Shown piece after piece: positions 37,244-39,534 of a stretch of DNA of 39,534 nt (positions are counted from its first letter, which is position 1; the number at the start of each line of letters is the position of its first letter). The stretch lies in the IMG/VR virus record IMGVR_UViG_3300049485_000129, positions 1-39,534 of that record. The stretch is one strand, 5' to 3'. This DNA is from a virus (taxonomy: Duplodnaviria; Caudoviricetes). Under the pieces are notes generated by a model. The model had not been told where the DNA came from and ran no database searches. It worked only from the letters and a program-made list of their open reading frames with translations. The position numbers and the translations under genes are program-made.

Positions 37244-37316
37244 AAACAGGGGAAGGATTTGAACCTCCGTCCTTTGGGTTATGGGCCCAACAAGCTGACC
37301 ACTGCTCTACCCTGCT
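37244..37316 (-). tRNA. trnM: tRNA-Met (CAT), initiator-like and atypical
   Basis: Acceptor AGCAGGG/CCCTGTT, anticodon arm TTGGG-CCCATAA-CCCAA, T arm GGAGG-TTCAAAT-CCTTC; TATAAT just upstream. Confidence 0.8.
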
Positions 37317-37373
37317 TCTTTTATTATAATTCAAAACGGTATTTTTTGTGCAATATTTAATTAGGAGCTTATT

Positions 37374-37559
37374 ATGCAAAACAATCTAGGAATCAAGATT
37401 TTATTACTATTTTCTGCATTGTGTTTATCTGGTTGGGTGCAATTAGCTGATAGCCTCTTTTTAAGCAACAAATCAGATAATTTAGCGCGTGTAGTGCATA
37501 ACGATAAAGATGCAAATCCTCCACCTCCTCCACCTCCCAAACAGAATAAGAAAAAATAA
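37374..37559 (+). CDS. Small secreted or membrane peptide with a polyproline tail
   Basis: AGGAG RBS, hydrophobic N-terminus, NPPPPPPPKQNKKK. Confidence 0.5.
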   Translation: MQNNLGIKILLLFSALCLSGWVQLADSLFLSNKSDNLARVVHNDKDANPPPPPPPKQNKKK

Positions 37560-37568
37560 GAGTGAAGG

Positions 37569-37593
37569 CAAATTTCAAACCGTTTGAAATTTG
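37569..37593. repeat. Dispersed 25-bp palindrome, copy 6
   Basis: CAAATTTCAAACCGTTTGAAATTTG between convergent genes. Confidence 0.95.
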
Positions 37594-38064
37594 CTAATTC
37601 AAAAACACATTCAAAATCGGGACTTTATAAATTAAAGATGCAAATCTTGTTTTAAAGCCTTCTTGAAGTTGAGTTAATTTTGATGAGGACATTAAATCGG
37701 ATTGCTCCTCTTCTAATTGCAAGATTTCGTTTTTAAGCAGTTCAATTCTAATTAATATATCACTCAATCTTGAGTGATTTTTTTCTGCTAAAATTTTTAA
37801 CTCCTGATTGATTTCCTCTTCCATTCTTGTGAGTTCTTCATCATCTTCTATTCGACAAGATTTATTTTTAAAAGAAACAATCACACGGCCATGTCCATTT
37901 AAAAAAACAGTTTGTTTATGATGTTCTGGGTAGTCGCCCGGCTTTGATAATATTTCTATCGCTTGATCAACGGCAGAATCATTTATCTCCGATAGTTTTG
38001 TATCTATTTCTTTGGCTTGTTTTTTTAGGTCAAAATAATATGACAATATAGAATTGTTTTTCAT
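37594..38064 (-). CDS. Coiled-coil hypothetical protein
   Basis: ORF 37594-38097; likely start MKNNS at 38064. Confidence 0.65.
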   Translation of the reverse strand: MKNNSILSYYFDLKKQAKEIDTKLSEINDSAVDQAIEILSKPGDYPEHHKQTVFLNGHGRVIVSFKNKSCRIEDDEELTRMEEEINQELKILAEKNHSRLSDILIRIELLKNEILQLEEEQSDLMSSSKLTQLQEGFKTRFASLIYKVPILNVFLN

Positions 38065-38150
38065 TGCTTTGTGTGTTATGATAATATTTAATAACACAAG
38101 TTAACTCATCTCTTTTTAAACAATATCTCTCATCCCTGAGATATTGTTTT

Positions 38151-38456
38151 TTATATATGCACAATTGATGATTTGTACGGAATATATCCCGATACAATCT
38201 GACCAGGATGCTTGAAAGATGCACTGCCATCTTTTGCGGGTAATATCCCACCTTCTGACTCAATTAAATGAGTTCCTGTGATCTGATCATACCCTACATA
38301 AGTACCAGTAATTTCTTGACTTCTATCTTTAGCACGTTGCTTTTTTAATGTTGTTTCTGATGCGATCGCGCGGCTATTCATTAACCGACTTTCTGATAAA
38401 CAAACATCGTAATTAGGGCAATCTGGATTATGGCATTTTCCTAATGGACAATTCAT
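38151..38456 (-). CDS. Hypothetical protein with Cys-rich N-terminus
   Basis: CP..C..P.CP....C, then YVGYD..TG.H. Confidence 0.6.
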   Translation of the reverse strand: MNCPLGKCHNPDCPNYDVCLSESRLMNSRAIASETTLKKQRAKDRSQEITGTYVGYDQITGTHLIESEGGILPAKDGSASFKHPGQIVSGYIPYKSSIVHI

Positions 38457-38499
38457 GTTTTTAACTGTTTAAATTATTCTTTATATTAACATATTAAAG

Positions 38500-39336
38500 C
38501 TAATTAATACATTGACATTGCCTGTTTTCTATTGACATAATTTCCATTTCAATTGGGGTTAATTCCCCTATATCACTCCATCTAAAATTACGCCCTAGCC
38601 CAACAATACTTCTTAAATTTGCATTATTTTCTATATCACAGCCCCTTTTATACAGATCAGGGTGTTTTTCTTTTAATTCTAAGACTTCCAATGGCTTTCG
38701 ATTTGGGCAAAAGAAACAAGATGATTTAGGCGGTATTTTAAGCCCTTCATTAGCAATTAAAACATTGCAATGACCTTGACTTAAACCATAGTCAATTAAA
38801 GGGTATTCATAAATAAATGTTTTATCTTCGGATATATTATGTTTTAAGATTCTCCTCGTTTCACCAGCGTGATAACCGATAAATCTCCTGACTTTAATCC
38901 CTTCTTTTAAAAGATTTTGATATTTGTTTTTAACATACCTATCCATAGGTACTACTTTGTATTGTAAAGCGCAGCTACTGTGTCCATAAGCTTTACTTGG
39001 CAATTCATGGTTTAATAAGCATTTTCCTTCGATTGAGGAATATTGCTGACCTGTTTTACGATGGGTAAAAGAATTTTGTTTTACAACTGTAATAGATGGC
39101 ATTCCGTTATCAATTAACCACTGATTAAATATTTCTAAATACTCGTAAGTTTCTGGCATTTCTGCTTGAGTGTCAGCAAATATAATATCATCTGGAATAA
39201 TGTTTTTATATTTTAAAGCGATTAATAATGCAGTAGAATTAACGCCTCCCCCATAAGAAACAACAATAGGAGACAAAGGGTTAATAGATGATTGTTCTGT
39301 GTGATTTGTGGTTTCAAAAAGTTCTAATTGTGACAT
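38500..39336 (-). CDS. PAPS-reductase-like / PP-loop family protein
   Basis: VVSYGGGVNSTA, FADT.AE.PETY, C...YK..P, IG....E..R, YPL, PPKSSCFFCP. Confidence 0.82.
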   Translation of the reverse strand: MSQLELFETTNHTEQSSINPLSPIVVSYGGGVNSTALLIALKYKNIIPDDIIFADTQAEMPETYEYLEIFNQWLIDNGMPSITVVKQNSFTHRKTGQQYSSIEGKCLLNHELPSKAYGHSSCALQYKVVPMDRYVKNKYQNLLKEGIKVRRFIGYHAGETRRILKHNISEDKTFIYEYPLIDYGLSQGHCNVLIANEGLKIPPKSSCFFCPNRKPLEVLELKEKHPDLYKRGCDIENNANLRSIVGLGRNFRWSDIGELTPIEMEIMSIENRQCQCIN

Positions 39337-39358
39337 AAATATTATGTTGAATATAAAT

Positions 39359-39534
39359 TCATATTAACATATCCGCATTAAACAAATTTTGATAAAACGG
39401 ACTATTTCTAAACTGCCTTTCATGGTGATTTGATTCATATTCAAACTCAGTAATTTGCCCATTTTTTCTGAGTAAACGACCTGTAATTTTATAATTTGGA
39501 TTAATTTGATCATCTGAAAGATTACTCTGACAAA
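39359..39534 (-). CDS. 3' end of a hypothetical CDS (truncated by the window)
   Basis: Open frame CQSNLSDDQINPNYKITGR...NADMLI* ending at 39359. Confidence 0.5.
   Translation of the reverse strand, partial: CQSNLSDDQINPNYKITGRLLRKNGQITEFEYESNHHERQFRNSPFYQNLFNADMLI

Larger units (their letters stand above)
53..39534 (+). mobile_element. Transposable (Mu-like) prophage, left part; right end outside the window
   Basis: TG-initiated end with repeated motifs, repressor, MuA/MuB pair, Mu-type terminase subunits, portal, capsid and tail genes. Confidence 0.92.

Noticed and set aside
29451-37316. tRNA genes as att sites of a second prophage
   Set aside because: No integrase and no duplicated tRNA 3' ends were seen; the flanking genes form a continuous late region.
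326-37593. Palindrome copies as a CRISPR array
   Set aside because: Copies are kilobases apart with no spacer structure, and no cas genes are present.

Overview
This window is the left ~39.5 kb of a transposable (Mu-type) prophage. The host is almost certainly a cyanobacterium: about 25 HIP1 octamers (GCGATCGC) and a cyanobacterial-style DnaB. The element starts at about nt 53 (TGTACGGCGACA), where it interrupts a minus-strand host GxxExxY-family gene, and it continues past the right edge. Gene order: end repeats; a nonsense-disrupted repressor paralog; XRE repressor with a divergent small RHH protein; MuA-like DDE transposase; MuB-like AAA ATPase; early accessory genes (AlkB-fold, ASCH, Myb-like repeat and DUF3102 proteins); Mu gp27/gp28-like terminase subunits with a Dam-type methylase between them; a mixed-orientation block (thermonuclease, HNH, DUF1064, DnaB, DUF29, XRE); tail-fibre-like genes; then a non-Mu portal, head morphogenesis protein, protease, large capsid, and a siphovirus-type tail tube and chaperone with a -1 frameshift. 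There are also two tRNA genes and a PAPS-reductase-like gene. Most notable are (i) six dispersed intergenic copies of a 25-bp palindrome CAAATTTCAAAC(C/G)GTTTGAAATTTG, plausibly bound by the DUF3102 protein, and (ii) the hybrid architecture of Mu transposition and packaging genes, non-Mu head/tail genes and a phage-encoded DnaB. All family assignments come from motif recognition by eye; no database search was run.
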